Positions 10,474-19,670 of a stretch of 64,000 bases of DNA are shown piece by piece. A program made the position numbers and the translations under genes. The notes under the pieces are model-generated. The model was not told the origin of the DNA. It saw only the letters and a program-made list of their open reading frames with translations, and made no database searches. This DNA comes from a bacterium (GTDB lineage: Bacteria > Fidelibacterota > Fidelibacteria > Fidelibacterales > Fidelibacteraceae): the NCBI GenBank assembly GCA_963676395.1, contig OY781066.1:1120001-1184000 (forward strand), written 5' to 3'. Each line of letters opens with the position of its first letter. Position 1 is the first letter of the stretch.

Positions 10474-11285
10474 TGAACACTCTCCAGGGCAGAAATAATC
10501 GCGCGTTGTGTTTCGATCTTTGCCTTAATGCCCATATACTCGGGATCCGTAATGCGCGCACCCACAATACTTACATTCACCCGTTCTTGCACCTTGGCAT
10601 CCACAATTTCGTCCTTCTTTTTCCCAAGAAGATAGCTCTCGAGCTCAGACAGATGAGTGATGCGCTCTTTGGTACCCACAATATAGACCTTGGCACGCTT
10701 AATGACATCCGTCTCTAGCTCCAGCAATACCGTGATAGTGAACAAAGGCATATCGTTCACTGTTTTCACATCGCAATAATGTGCCGAGTAATGGGGCGTA
10801 TCTTTCACACGAACCGCAGTGATAAGAGTTTGCTCCCGCAATGCCGCATCGTTAAGATAGTCCTCAACCGCAACGACACCCTCATGTTTTCCCGCCAGAA
10901 CGATTTCAGCGTCAAGCGCCAAAAGGGCGCCGATCAGATCGGACCATGACGGCACGAAGGCGATCGAGCCGCCGATCGTGATGCGATTTCTACAAGGAGT
11001 ATTGGCTGCGTTTTTTAATGTTTTTACAAGAATGTGCTGAGGAGAAAGAGATGACAATACGTTTACCACATCGGCATAGGTGCTCATCGCCCCGATCTCC
11101 AGCATATCTTTGTCTTTTTTTACATAGTCCAACCCAAGCTTGCGCAGACAGATAATACCATCTACATCTCGCAACTCACGACCGCTGAGATGCGTGCCGC
11201 CACCATGGAGAACCACGTTTTTTATCTCTAGCAGAGAACGCGCCTCAGCCAGAGATACCGGAAAGTACCACTTAATTTTATTCAT
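10470..11285 (-). CDS. Xanthine dehydrogenase family FAD-binding subunit (YgfM/CoxM-like)
   Basis: GGGT, EIGAMST, RNRITIGGSI, SDLIGALLALDA. Start taken at ATG 11285 (MNKIKWYFP); the track extension to 11408 runs through the promoter and repeat DNA. Confidence 0.85.
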   Translation of the reverse strand: MNKIKWYFPVSLAEARSLLEIKNVVLHGGGTHLSGRELRDVDGIICLRKLGLDYVKKDKDMLEIGAMSTYADVVNVLSSLSPQHILVKTLKNAANTPCRNRITIGGSIAFVPSWSDLIGALLALDAEIVLAGKHEGVVAVEDYLNDAALREQTLITAVRVKDTPHYSAHYCDVKTVNDMPLFTITVLLELETDVIKRAKVYIVGTKERITHLSELESYLLGKKKDEIVDAKVQERVNVSIVGARITDPEYMGIKAKIETQRAIISALESVQ

Positions 11286-11321
11286 AATTAGAAATTTCCG
11301 ACAATGAGGGGCAAATGTCAA
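11286..11321 (-). promoter_or_regulatory. Sigma70-type promoter of the purine-catabolism operon (probably leaderless)
   Basis: Minus strand TTGACA (11321-11316), 17 nt, GAAATT, 7 nt, ATG 11285; no SD sequence. Confidence 0.5.
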
Positions 11322-11344
11322 GAAAATAATAGCCCCTACGGTGC

Positions 11345-11803
11345 AAGGCAAAGGGCAAAATTCAAAAGGCAAAGAAAGATCTATCCACAAATTGCTCTCC
11401 TTCAGCAAGCCTTCGAAAGGTCGGGTAGATAATAAATCTACATTATCTAATCAATATTTCTGAGATTCTTTTCCATTCTTCTCCAGAAAAAGAAGATTTT
11501 TCAGGTTTATATGAATTCCAGTCCGCACTTGATAAATCTTTAATTTTATCTCGCAATTCTTTTGCTGAATGCGGGCGCGTGCATAATTTTGTGTAAACGA
11601 TCTTTCAATCAAAGTTCCTCCTACGCTCTTCGAGCTTACATCTTCTCCGTCAGCCGACGGATTTGATGCACAGATCGGAAGGGCACGCAGATTTCTTTAC
11701 GTTTTTATCGGCAAAATCGATGCCCGACGACTTAAAATAATGCATCTATTTAATAAAATATTTTTGGGCGCATCGTGAACACTAAAGCTACGACCGGACA
11801 GGC
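11345..11803. repeat. Patch of short palindromes, REP-like remnants and degenerate heptamers
   Basis: AAGGCAA/AGGGCAA/AAAGGCA units at 11345-11374; hairpins CCTTCGAAAGG (11410-11420), GCTCTTCGAGC (11625-11635), TCCGTC-AGCC-GACGGA (11646-11661); CTAAAGCTACGACCGGACAGGC (11782-11803). Confidence 0.45.
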
Positions 11804-11896
11804 GAAATCCACACAATCTTGTCCTTTTATAAAAGCTATGACTTTTAGCTATCCCATTACATAATAATATTAGTTTTAGAAATACAATAAAAGGAC

Positions 11897-11925
11897 TTGA
11901 TGAATACGGGGGTTTAAGCTAGATT
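11897..11925 (+). promoter_or_regulatory. Repeated promoter module, copy 1
   Basis: TTGATG-aatacgggggtttaagc (17 nt)-TAGATT; spacer shared with the copies at 13570 and 14625. Confidence 0.6.
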
Positions 11926-11945
11926 CACATTAATTGCTATACAAA

Positions 11946-12117
11946 TAAGAATTGCAGAATTGCGTAGCTAAAAAAATGAACACTCGGATTCAAAATCGGG
12001 GGGACAAAATTTTTGGAGCATTCATGCAAAAATGCATGTACAAAACAGGCCTGATTTTAGTAAATTTAAACTCTGAAACCCAAAATTGGATGCTATTCTT
12101 ACACTTTGCCGTTAAAC
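11946..12117 (+). repeat. attC-like imperfect palindrome ending in a GTTRRRY core
   Basis: TAAGAATTGCA (11946-11956) is inverted with TGCTATTCTTA (12091-12101), followed by ...CC-GTTAAAC (12111-12117), 23 nt before the next ATG. Confidence 0.5.
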
Positions 12118-12140
12118 ACTATTAAAACAAGGATCCGCTA

Positions 12141-13274
12141 ATGAATAGATTATTTGGAAAAATGCGTTTGTCTCTTATAAATAAAGCCCAAAAGGGAAAT
12201 TATATTAAGTATGCAATTGGAGAAATTTTTCTTGTTGTAATTGGAATTCTTATTGCTCTTCAAATAAATAATTGGAACGAAGACAGAAAGGATAAAATAT
12301 ATAAACATAAAGTTTACGCTCAAATACAACAAGATTTACAAAGAGATACTCTGTATATCAGTGGCAGGATCGAATTTTATAAAGAAAAAAATGAACGGTT
12401 AGAAAAAATTATTAATAGAGAAATTCCAAAATCATACTACGATACACTTAATGCAAGCAATTATAAAAATTGCAGCAATTGTATTTGTGATTTAACAAGC
12501 AACTACTTTTTTCATTACTCTGATAAAGGATTTCAATTATTAAAATCATTGAATGAATCTCGCAATACCGAAAATGATTCGCTTTCGTATTTAATACTTG
12601 ATTTTTATAACGCTTACATACCCGCTTTGAAATTTGATAGTCAGATGCTAGCAGATATTATGAATGAAACAATTGATGAGTTTCAAAAATACGATTGGTA
12701 TGTTGATTGGGCTTATTATAACAGAGTTTACAACCAAGAATATCTGAAATACATTTTTGAAAGCGAAGAATATCGTAAAAAATGTGTCCGGTATTTAATC
12801 TATTCAAAATCGAACTACTTAAATAATTTGAAAATCTATAGAAGATATGCTGTAGAATTATTAAAGCTGCTGGATAAAGAATTATTTAACAAAAAGCTCT
12901 ACGAAAGAGAAAAACAGTTTATAGAAAAAATCAAAACAAAAGGAATTGATAAAGCCACTGACTATTATAAAACATTTAAAAAGAAGACAAAAAATGAAAA
13001 CAAGTTGCTATTTACTGAAAATGCAATGAATTTGTTGGGGTATTCCTATCTAAAGAAAAATGAGTTGATAACTGCCATTAAGATCTTTCAATTAAATGTC
13101 GCTGAACATCCAAATTCTTTTATTGTTTACGATAGTTTAGCAGAAGCATATTTAGCAAATGGAGAGAAGAAAAAAGCAATTGAAAATTATAAAAAATCAG
13201 TTGAACTAAATCCAAATAATGAAAATGCGATTAACATTTTAAAAACAATAACTGTGCCTACTATTGCTAAATAA
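12141..13274 (+). CDS. DUF6090-like membrane-anchored protein with C-terminal TPR domain
   Basis: N-terminal KYAIGEIFLVVIGILIALQINNWNE signature; C-terminal MNLLGYSYL...YDSLAEAY...AIENYKKSVELNPNN TPR. Confidence 0.75.
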   Translation: MNRLFGKMRLSLINKAQKGNYIKYAIGEIFLVVIGILIALQINNWNEDRKDKIYKHKVYAQIQQDLQRDTLYISGRIEFYKEKNERLEKIINREIPKSYYDTLNASNYKNCSNCICDLTSNYFFHYSDKGFQLLKSLNESRNTENDSLSYLILDFYNAYIPALKFDSQMLADIMNETIDEFQKYDWYVDWAYYNRVYNQEYLKYIFESEEYRKKCVRYLIYSKSNYLNNLKIYRRYAVELLKLLDKELFNKKLYEREKQFIEKIKTKGIDKATDYYKTFKKKTKNENKLLFTENAMNLLGYSYLKKNELITAIKIFQLNVAEHPNSFIVYDSLAEAYLANGEKKKAIENYKKSVELNPNNENAINILKTITVPTIAK

Positions 13275-13569
13275 TCATGATAACAGAAAAATCACAGTCA
13301 TTCATTTTATAGCACTAAACATTTGCAAGCTACAAAGCCAAGCCATCATGTATATCTCGTGATCTCGTCGAAAACATCTCGTTAAAGATGTCTTAAACAA
13401 TATCAATCAAGCGATCGATTTGACGGTGAAGGGCAATAAGAAATAGGTTCCGAATTCCAAATTTATGATTCTTGATTTAATCTAGATTGCGTCTCCTTTA
13501 ATCATATTTAATTATCTTTATTAATTATTTCTATATTTTTCATCTTATTCCCCAAAACACAAAAACAAG

Positions 13570-13598
13570 TTGCCGAATACGAGGGTTTTAATTATATA
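13570..13598 (+). promoter_or_regulatory. Repeated promoter module, copy 2
   Basis: AAAACAAG-TTGCCG-aatacgagggttttaat (17 nt)-TATATA, followed like copy 1 by AAATAAGAATTG. Confidence 0.6.
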
Positions 13599-13788
13599 AA
13601 CCCAGAAATAAGAATTGTTCATATTTCAGGTTTGCATATGACAATAGAATCAATTGAAAATTATAATAAATCAAAATATTTTAATGAATTGCTTAGAAAT
13701 ATGATTGATTATAAGCTAAGAAACTCTCGCCATCTGCCACTACCCATATAATTTACCGTCAGATGTTATAAATACCGGTAAGCGAAAA

Positions 13789-14442
13789 ATGAAGAAAACA
13801 ATGAAAAAAATACTATTATTAAGCGGATATGCATGTAAATCGTGGATATGGGACAAATTCATTGAGCTTAACAAGGCAGATTATATAGTAGATAAGGTTG
13901 ATTGGCCGCTTAACTTGACTAATCGATTCCATAGCTTAGAGGATTATGTGGTATGGCTGAATAAGGAGTTGAAGAAAAAGAACTATGATTATGACTTGTT
14001 CATTGGTCATAGCATGGGGGGATTGGTTGCTTTACAATTAGCCAACAAATTATCAATTAATGAGATTATTCTAGTCGAATCTTTTATTAAAACACCTGAT
14101 GCTTTTTTTAAAAATCTTTTATATGACAATAATAATGAACTTGCTTCTAAGATAGAAAATATGATAAAGAATGAAAGCATACACTATTCAAAAGAATTAG
14201 GATACAAATTAAAAAATTTAGACTTAACCGAGACGGCTGTCAATTTTGAAGGTACTATACGACTACTATACGGTGATAGAGGGTACAATAGTTTGAATAA
14301 AGTCATGTCTAATCTTGATTTAAGTGGAAGGCTGGCAGATAAAATGGAGGTATCCATTATAAAAAACAGTTGTCACTTTCCAATGGTGGAAAATCCATAT
14401 GAGTTCAGCTTGATAATCAATAATATTTTAACTGATCATTAG
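13789..14442 (+). CDS. Alpha/beta fold hydrolase
   Basis: GHSMGG nucleophile elbow; C-terminal SCHFPMVENP catalytic His. Confidence 0.85.
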   Translation: MKKTMKKILLLSGYACKSWIWDKFIELNKADYIVDKVDWPLNLTNRFHSLEDYVVWLNKELKKKNYDYDLFIGHSMGGLVALQLANKLSINEIILVESFIKTPDAFFKNLLYDNNNELASKIENMIKNESIHYSKELGYKLKNLDLTETAVNFEGTIRLLYGDRGYNSLNKVMSNLDLSGRLADKMEVSIIKNSCHFPMVENPYEFSLIINNILTDH

Positions 14443-14624
14443 TATAAGCCATTTCTATGACGCCTGGCAAATAATTATTAGCACGGCATGATATCTTTTG
14501 TCGGAATGTGAGATACAATTTGTTAAAAACAAAATTTCTTGTGATTTACTCTGACTTCTCGTTTCCGACCTCTAATTCCTCATCTCCACACCTTCATCTC
14601 CATCGAAATACATAAAAAAACAAG

Positions 14625-14653
14625 TTGTTGAAGGCGAGGGTTTTGGGTAAGTT
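14625..14653 (+). promoter_or_regulatory. Repeated promoter module, copy 3
   Basis: AAAACAAG-TTGTTG-aaggcgagggttttggg (17 nt)-TAAGTT. Confidence 0.55.
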
Positions 14654-14663
14654 TTATGAAATT

Positions 14664-14772
14664 AGTTAACACACATAAAAATGAAATACATAAAAAACAT
14701 ACGATATATGACGCATACACAGCCAAATTGGACAAGTATACGACATATATCGTATATGCAAACCTTAGATGA
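14664..14772 (+). repeat. attC-like long inverted repeat
   Basis: AGTTAAC at 14664-14670. Arms ATACGATATATGACGCATAC (14699-14718) and GTATACGACATATATCGTAT (14736-14755) are 18/20 complementary. The right end AACCTTAGATG resembles a mutated GTTAG core. Confidence 0.55.
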
Positions 14773-14795
14773 AATTATTTTTTTGAAGGATCAAT

Positions 14796-15062
14796 ATGAA
14801 AAGAAAAATATTACTCATGTTATTTATTATAAATACTATGATGATTCTTATATACTATATACCTTTTTGTCAACAGATTGCTCATGTTTTATTTAATAGT
14901 GAAGCAGCTTCAATTGGTATCATAGGTGGAGTAGATGGCCCAACTGTAATCTACATAGCATCACAAATAAATTGGTTCCCAATTATTATGTTTTCCATAG
15001 AAATTGTTTTAGGATTATACATATTGTTAACGCGTTCAAAAAATAAGAAAGATATTTTATGA
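14796..15062 (+). CDS. Small membrane protein carrying the Na+-translocating decarboxylase beta-subunit motif
   Basis: EAASIGIIGGVDGPTVIYIAS matches the OadB ASIGIIGGADGPT motif, in an 88-aa protein with two hydrophobic segments. Confidence 0.7.
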   Translation: MKRKILLMLFIINTMMILIYYIPFCQQIAHVLFNSEAASIGIIGGVDGPTVIYIASQINWFPIIMFSIEIVLGLYILLTRSKNKKDIL

Positions 15063-15634
15063 AATGGTTATATAACAATTGGTTTAAATCAACAATTTTT
15101 TTAGCGATATATATGCTCATACTATTATGCATATTCGTTATGAATAATAATTTTGGGTTATTTCTAATTTGGCTTCAAACTATAGTATACTTATTCCACC
15201 AATTTGAAGAATATGTTTTTCCAGGTGGATTTGGAGAATTCTTCAATACAAAAACGCTCGGTTCAAAAGATAAAGACTTTCCTGTAGATAAAAAGGTGTC
15301 TTTTTGGATTAATATCCCAATAATTTTTATTGGATTTCCTCTTTCAGCAATTCTATCAGGATTTATTGATATTTCAATTGGAATATGGACTGCTTATTTT
15401 TCAATAATTAACGCACTTTCGCATGTTGGAATGTTCTTTAAACATAGATATAATCCTGGATTTTTTGTTAGCTTGTTTCTAAATATTCCAGTCGGATTAT
15501 ACACGATATATTATTTTACAACGAACCAAATAATTTCAATAAATGCACATGTAATAGGACTAATTATAGGACTTATAGTTCAAGGAATTGTTATGGTTTA
15601 TGGGTTTAGAGTATTAAAACCAAAAATTAAATAA
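15059..15634 (+). CDS. HXXEE domain-containing membrane protein
   Basis: YLFHQFEEYVFPGGF and RYNPG motifs; several transmembrane segments; ATGA overlap with the upstream ORF. Confidence 0.85.
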   Translation: MKWLYNNWFKSTIFLAIYMLILLCIFVMNNNFGLFLIWLQTIVYLFHQFEEYVFPGGFGEFFNTKTLGSKDKDFPVDKKVSFWINIPIIFIGFPLSAILSGFIDISIGIWTAYFSIINALSHVGMFFKHRYNPGFFVSLFLNIPVGLYTIYYFTTNQIISINAHVIGLIIGLIVQGIVMVYGFRVLKPKIK

Positions 15635-15756
15635 ACTGTTGCTAACAGTGTGTATAAGTAATATCATGGCTTGTAGTTCGTATCAACATTATCACGGTTT
15701 GATAATTAATTGCTCCAAAGTCCGCCACTACTCATACACGAACCGGTAGCAGTAAG
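15635..15756 (+). repeat. Best-preserved attC-like site
   Basis: Starts directly after the stop codon. Left arm ACTGTTGCTAACAGTGTGTATAAGTAAT pairs imperfectly with right arm ACTACTCATACACGAACCGGTAGCAGTAAG. TGCTAAC is R''-like; GGTAGCA is a one-base variant of GTTAGCA. Confidence 0.65.
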
Positions 15757-15798
15757 TTGAGACATAAATAACCTAAACGATGGATTATAGAGATAACA

Positions 15799-16686
15799 AT
15801 GAATTATAGAGATATTGTATTTATTACCGTTGCCGAAAATCTTAGCTTCTCAAAAGCTGCTGCTGATTTGCATATAAGTCAACCGGCAGTAACCAATCAT
15901 ATAAAGGAATTAGAAATTAAGTTTAATTCTAATTTATTCGAACGTAAAGGAAACAAAATTTACCTTACCCATAAGGGAAAGGTTGTGTATAATAAATACA
16001 AGCAAATTGAACAGTACTACAGGGAACTCGATTTTGAAATAGGTCAATTAAACAATAGCATGTCTGGTGACTTTATAATTGGAGCCAGCTCCACCATATC
16101 GCAATACCTTATTCCCAAAATAATTGCTTCATTTCATAAACGCTTCCCGAAAGTAAATATGCACCTAATGAATGGCAATTCGTTTGAAATAGAGCAACTT
16201 TTACTTGATAGCAAAATTGACATGGCACTGGTAGAAAATCACGCATCTCAATCAGGAATCAGGTATAAAAATTTCCTTGATGACGAACTAATTTTTGTGA
16301 GTGGAGAAAATAGTGTTTTCGCAAAGCGAAAGAACATTAATAAAAATGACTTACTGCAAATTCCAATTGTATTAAGAGAAAAGGGGTCGGGCACATTAGA
16401 AGTAATAAAAGAAGCTTTTTTAAAGCAAAATATTGATTTTGAAAGTCTAAATGTGCCTATTCACCTAGGAGGAACCGAAGCTATAAAGAATTTTCTGCTC
16501 GATTTTGATGGTTTAGCAATTATTTCAAAACAAGCTGTCATAACTGAACTGAGTTTAAAAAAACTGGTAGAAATTAAAGTCGCAGGTTTTAGTATTCCAC
16601 GCAAATTTCGTATCGCTTACAAAATTGGATATATAAGCCGGCAGGTTGAATTATTTGAAAATTTTTTACTGCACTATAATTTATAG
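15799..16686 (+). CDS. LysR family transcriptional regulator (YeiE/CysL-like)
   Basis: SFSKAAADLHISQPAVTNHIKELE HTH; GASSTISQYLIP; REKGSGT; next to a YeiH-family gene. Confidence 0.92.
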   Translation: MNYRDIVFITVAENLSFSKAAADLHISQPAVTNHIKELEIKFNSNLFERKGNKIYLTHKGKVVYNKYKQIEQYYRELDFEIGQLNNSMSGDFIIGASSTISQYLIPKIIASFHKRFPKVNMHLMNGNSFEIEQLLLDSKIDMALVENHASQSGIRYKNFLDDELIFVSGENSVFAKRKNINKNDLLQIPIVLREKGSGTLEVIKEAFLKQNIDFESLNVPIHLGGTEAIKNFLLDFDGLAIISKQAVITELSLKKLVEIKVAGFSIPRKFRIAYKIGYISRQVELFENFLLHYNL

Positions 16687-16752
16687 TTATAGCATATAAC
16701 TATTTCGAATTTAATTATATTATAATCCAATTGTACTTTTGAACAAAAAAGT

Positions 16753-17712
16753 ATGAGAGGAATTATGACAATAAAAAGCCTAATAAATAGCAAAATAGAG
16801 TTTGTAAACATTAAATTGCTATATGTAATAATTATTAGTTTCTGTTTTCTACCGTTTGTATCTCCGGCAATTGCCTTATTTATAGGTTTAGTGCTTTCTC
16901 TTATCGGGATCAGGCACAAAAATATTCATAAATACACATCGCATATATTACAACTCTCTATTGTTTTATTGGGTTTTGGGATGAACCTAAGCGATGTACT
17001 TGCCGCTTCAAAAAGTGGTTTCCTCGAAACTGCAATTTCAGTTTCATGTGTAATGGCTTGTGGTATCTTATTAGGCAAGCTCTTTAAGGTTGAAAAAAAT
17101 ATCTCGCTCTTAATAGCAACAGGTACGGCTATTTGCGGAGGAAGTGCCATTGCTGCAGTTGCACCAATATTAAACAGTAAAAATTATCAAAATTCGTTTG
17201 CTCTTATTGTTGTATTTGTGCTAAATGCTGTCGCGCTATTTTTGTTTCCCCTAATCGGTCATAAGTTAGGCTTAAGCCAGGAAACATTCGGGAACTGGGC
17301 AGCTATTGCCATTCACGATACCAGCTCGGTTGTTGGTGCGGGGGCAAGTTATGGCGAAAAAGCATTGCAAGTTGCAACAACCGTTAAACTTATACGTGCC
17401 TTATGGATTATCCCGCTATCATTGGTTATCGCTTTTTTTAATAAACGTGACGAAAAAAAGAAGATTAAACTTCCATGGTTTATATTGATATTTGTCCTTG
17501 CCATCGTATTTGCTAATATATTTCCAAATTTTCAGACCAGCTATTCTCATTTTGCCTGGTTAGGCAAACGCGGAATGGTTGTCGCTCTGTTTCTAATTGG
17601 ATCAAACATCTCAATTGACCAAATCAAACAATCCGGAGTAAGGAGTTTTGCACTTGGAATTTCCTTGTGGGCAATAATTTCGGTTGGTTCATTATTTCTT
17701 TTGACCCGTTAA
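16753..17712 (+). CDS. YeiH family putative sulfate exporter
   Basis: LIATGTAICGGSAIAAVAP, AIHDTSSVVGA, TTVKLIRALWI. Confidence 0.9.
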   Translation: MRGIMTIKSLINSKIEFVNIKLLYVIIISFCFLPFVSPAIALFIGLVLSLIGIRHKNIHKYTSHILQLSIVLLGFGMNLSDVLAASKSGFLETAISVSCVMACGILLGKLFKVEKNISLLIATGTAICGGSAIAAVAPILNSKNYQNSFALIVVFVLNAVALFLFPLIGHKLGLSQETFGNWAAIAIHDTSSVVGAGASYGEKALQVATTVKLIRALWIIPLSLVIAFFNKRDEKKKIKLPWFILIFVLAIVFANIFPNFQTSYSHFAWLGKRGMVVALFLIGSNISIDQIKQSGVRSFALGISLWAIISVGSLFLLTR

Positions 17713-17715
17713 GCT

Positions 17716-17898
17716 ATGCCAAATATCTATATCATACTAACCCTTGTTGTTTCCAGCTTGACAAAGGGAATAACCGGATTTGGATTTGCATTATTTTTTC
17801 TGCCAATACTTTTAACCCGGTACGGGCAAAAAAAAATAATTTCCGTCCTGATGATTGATAAACCATCAATATTTTTTAATATTGATACCACTTGTTAA
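17716..17898 (+). pseudogene. Truncated TauE/SafE (TSUP) sulfite exporter fragment
   Basis: LTKGITGFGFAL...LPIL N-terminal TSUP motif, but only 60 aa. Confidence 0.6.
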
Positions 17899-18000
17899 AT
17901 CAATTAAATTTCTGAAAGTATTTGAAATGAATAGGAAATATGAACAATAATGTCAACAGCTAACATTGCACAGATTGTGCTAAAATTAAACGGATAAATC

Positions 18001-19002
18001 ATGAGATATAATAATTCTACATTTAAAGCATTTCGGGTTGAAGAGAAAAATGGCAACTACATCGGTTCCGTTAAAAACATTGAATTCAGTACTTTGGACA
18101 AAGATGAAATCTTGGTAAGAGTGCACTACAGTTCACTAAATTACAAAGATGCTCTGTCTGCTTCGGGAAACAAGGGCGTTACAAAAAATTATCCCCATAC
18201 CCCGGGTATTGATGCTGTTGGGGTAATTGAAAAATCGAACGATATAAATCTAGAAGTTGGTGAAAAAGTAATAGTAACCAGCTACGATTTAGGGATGAAC
18301 ACCGACGGAGGATTTGCCGAATATATCAAAGTCCCTGCTAAATGGGCCGTTAAATTGCCCGAGAACATGACCATGAAAGAAGCTATGGTATATGGAACGG
18401 CCGGATTAACTGCCGGTATGTCGGTTTTAAGACTGACTGAATTGATAAAACCGGAAGATGGAAAAATAGTGGTTTCAGGCGCTACCGGTGGTGTAGGTTC
18501 ATTAAGCGTTTCGATATTGAGTAAATTAGGATACACTGTCGTCGCAATAACAGGAAAAGAAGCAGAACGGGATTATTTAATGAACCTTGGGGCAAAAGAA
18601 ATAATATTGCGCAACGAAATTGAAAAGTTAGATAAAAAACCCTTGTTAAAACCTTTATTTGCAGGTGCAATAGATACTGTTGGTGGAACAATTCTTGAAA
18701 ACATTATTAAATCAACTGATTCGATTGGTGTCGTTACTTGTTGTGGCAATGTGGCATCACCCAAACTTGACTTAACAGTTTTCCCCTTTATCCTAAGAGG
18801 AATTACGCTCATTGGAATTGATTCTCAAAACTACCCAATGAAATACAGGACAAAAGTGTGGGAAATGCTATCGGATAAATGGAAACCAAAACAATTAGAG
18901 GATACTTGCTTCGAAGTTAAGCTTGAAGAAATACAAGAAAAAATTGCCTTAATGCTTCAGGGAAAGCTAAAAGGAAGAACCATTTTGAAATTGATCGAAT
19001 AA
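18001..19002 (+). CDS. YhdH/AcuI family NADPH-dependent quinone/acryloyl-CoA oxidoreductase
   Basis: YSSLNYKDAL, PGIDAVG, GTAGLTA, SGATGGVGS, DTVGG, PFILRG, GIDS. Confidence 0.92.
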   Translation: MRYNNSTFKAFRVEEKNGNYIGSVKNIEFSTLDKDEILVRVHYSSLNYKDALSASGNKGVTKNYPHTPGIDAVGVIEKSNDINLEVGEKVIVTSYDLGMNTDGGFAEYIKVPAKWAVKLPENMTMKEAMVYGTAGLTAGMSVLRLTELIKPEDGKIVVSGATGGVGSLSVSILSKLGYTVVAITGKEAERDYLMNLGAKEIILRNEIEKLDKKPLLKPLFAGAIDTVGGTILENIIKSTDSIGVVTCCGNVASPKLDLTVFPFILRGITLIGIDSQNYPMKYRTKVWEMLSDKWKPKQLEDTCFEVKLEEIQEKIALMLQGKLKGRTILKLIE

Positions 19003-19190
19003 ATACACAAAATTTTATGTCAGGTTCATCCTAATGTTGGATTCATGATCAATTATCTGTTCCTCACGGATGGATAACCATACGCATATCCCTGACTAAG
19101 CTTAAACCAACCGATAGCTGTAATGTGATAAAGAGCCATTTACTTATTGATACTCAAAGTTCAAAATTATTGAAAAACAAGGCAGAATAA

Positions 19191-19599
19191 ATGAACACAT
19201 GTAAAAAATGCGGTAATGAGTATAATATTTCAGTGGATAACTCAAAATTATGGTTATTCAAACATTTTAATGGCAGTTTTTGTGGCCATGTGGATTAAAA
19301 TATTTTATCGAAAATATATCTATAACTTTTATGAAATTCTAATTCTCTTGCTTTTTATAAGCGGAATGGAAATGTTAATGTTTTCGCTATTAGGCATGCT
19401 GAAGAGTCTAACAAAAATACATGTTATGAGCATTGGAGCTAACATTGTTTTAATTTATGCTTTCTGGGCAATTGGTCAATTTTTTGACAAAAGAAAAATA
19501 TTTAATTATATCAAAGCTCCTATTGCATATTTCTAAGGATTTATTTCTTTTACTATCGTGGCTTTAGGAATTGGATTTTTAATAGACTTGATAAAATAA
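19191..19599 (+). pseudogene. DUF3667-like membrane protein pseudogene (internal deletion, frameshift, premature stop)
   Basis: ATG 19191 gives MNTCKKCGNE (zinc-ribbon start). Another frame then gives IFQWITQNYGYSNILM...YNFYEILILL...WAIGQFF...IAYF*GFISF...LIDLIK*, with in-frame TAA at 19534-19536 and the natural stop at 19597-19599. Confidence 0.7.
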
Positions 19600-19601
19600 A
19601 A

Positions 19602-19670
19602 ATTACCGCTAACACGCTGTATAAGCAAAGACTGTTGATGTGCTAAATTTCAAGATTTGTGCAGGTTGAT
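19602..19670 (+). repeat. Left half of an attC-like site closing the AT-rich island
   Basis: ATTACCGCTAACACGCTGTATAAGCAA, with the same GCTAAC-N6-TATAAG spacing as 15641-15658; 2 nt after the stop codon. Confidence 0.55.

Noticed and set aside
1884..11285. Selenocysteine (TGA) read-through in the ygfK/xdh cluster
   Set aside because: All ORFs are full-length and abut or overlap normally, so no in-frame TGA needs recoding.
11400..12140. Integron integrase or attI next to the cassette-like array
   Set aside because: No tyrosine-recombinase ORF or R-H-R-Y motifs. Only a short unassignable minus-strand reading (~11450-11600, ...RPHSAKELRDKIKDLSSADW...) is present.
14681..14896. 71-aa ORF in the track
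   Set aside because: It runs through the long inverted repeat and overlaps the better-supported 14796-15062 ORF out of frame.
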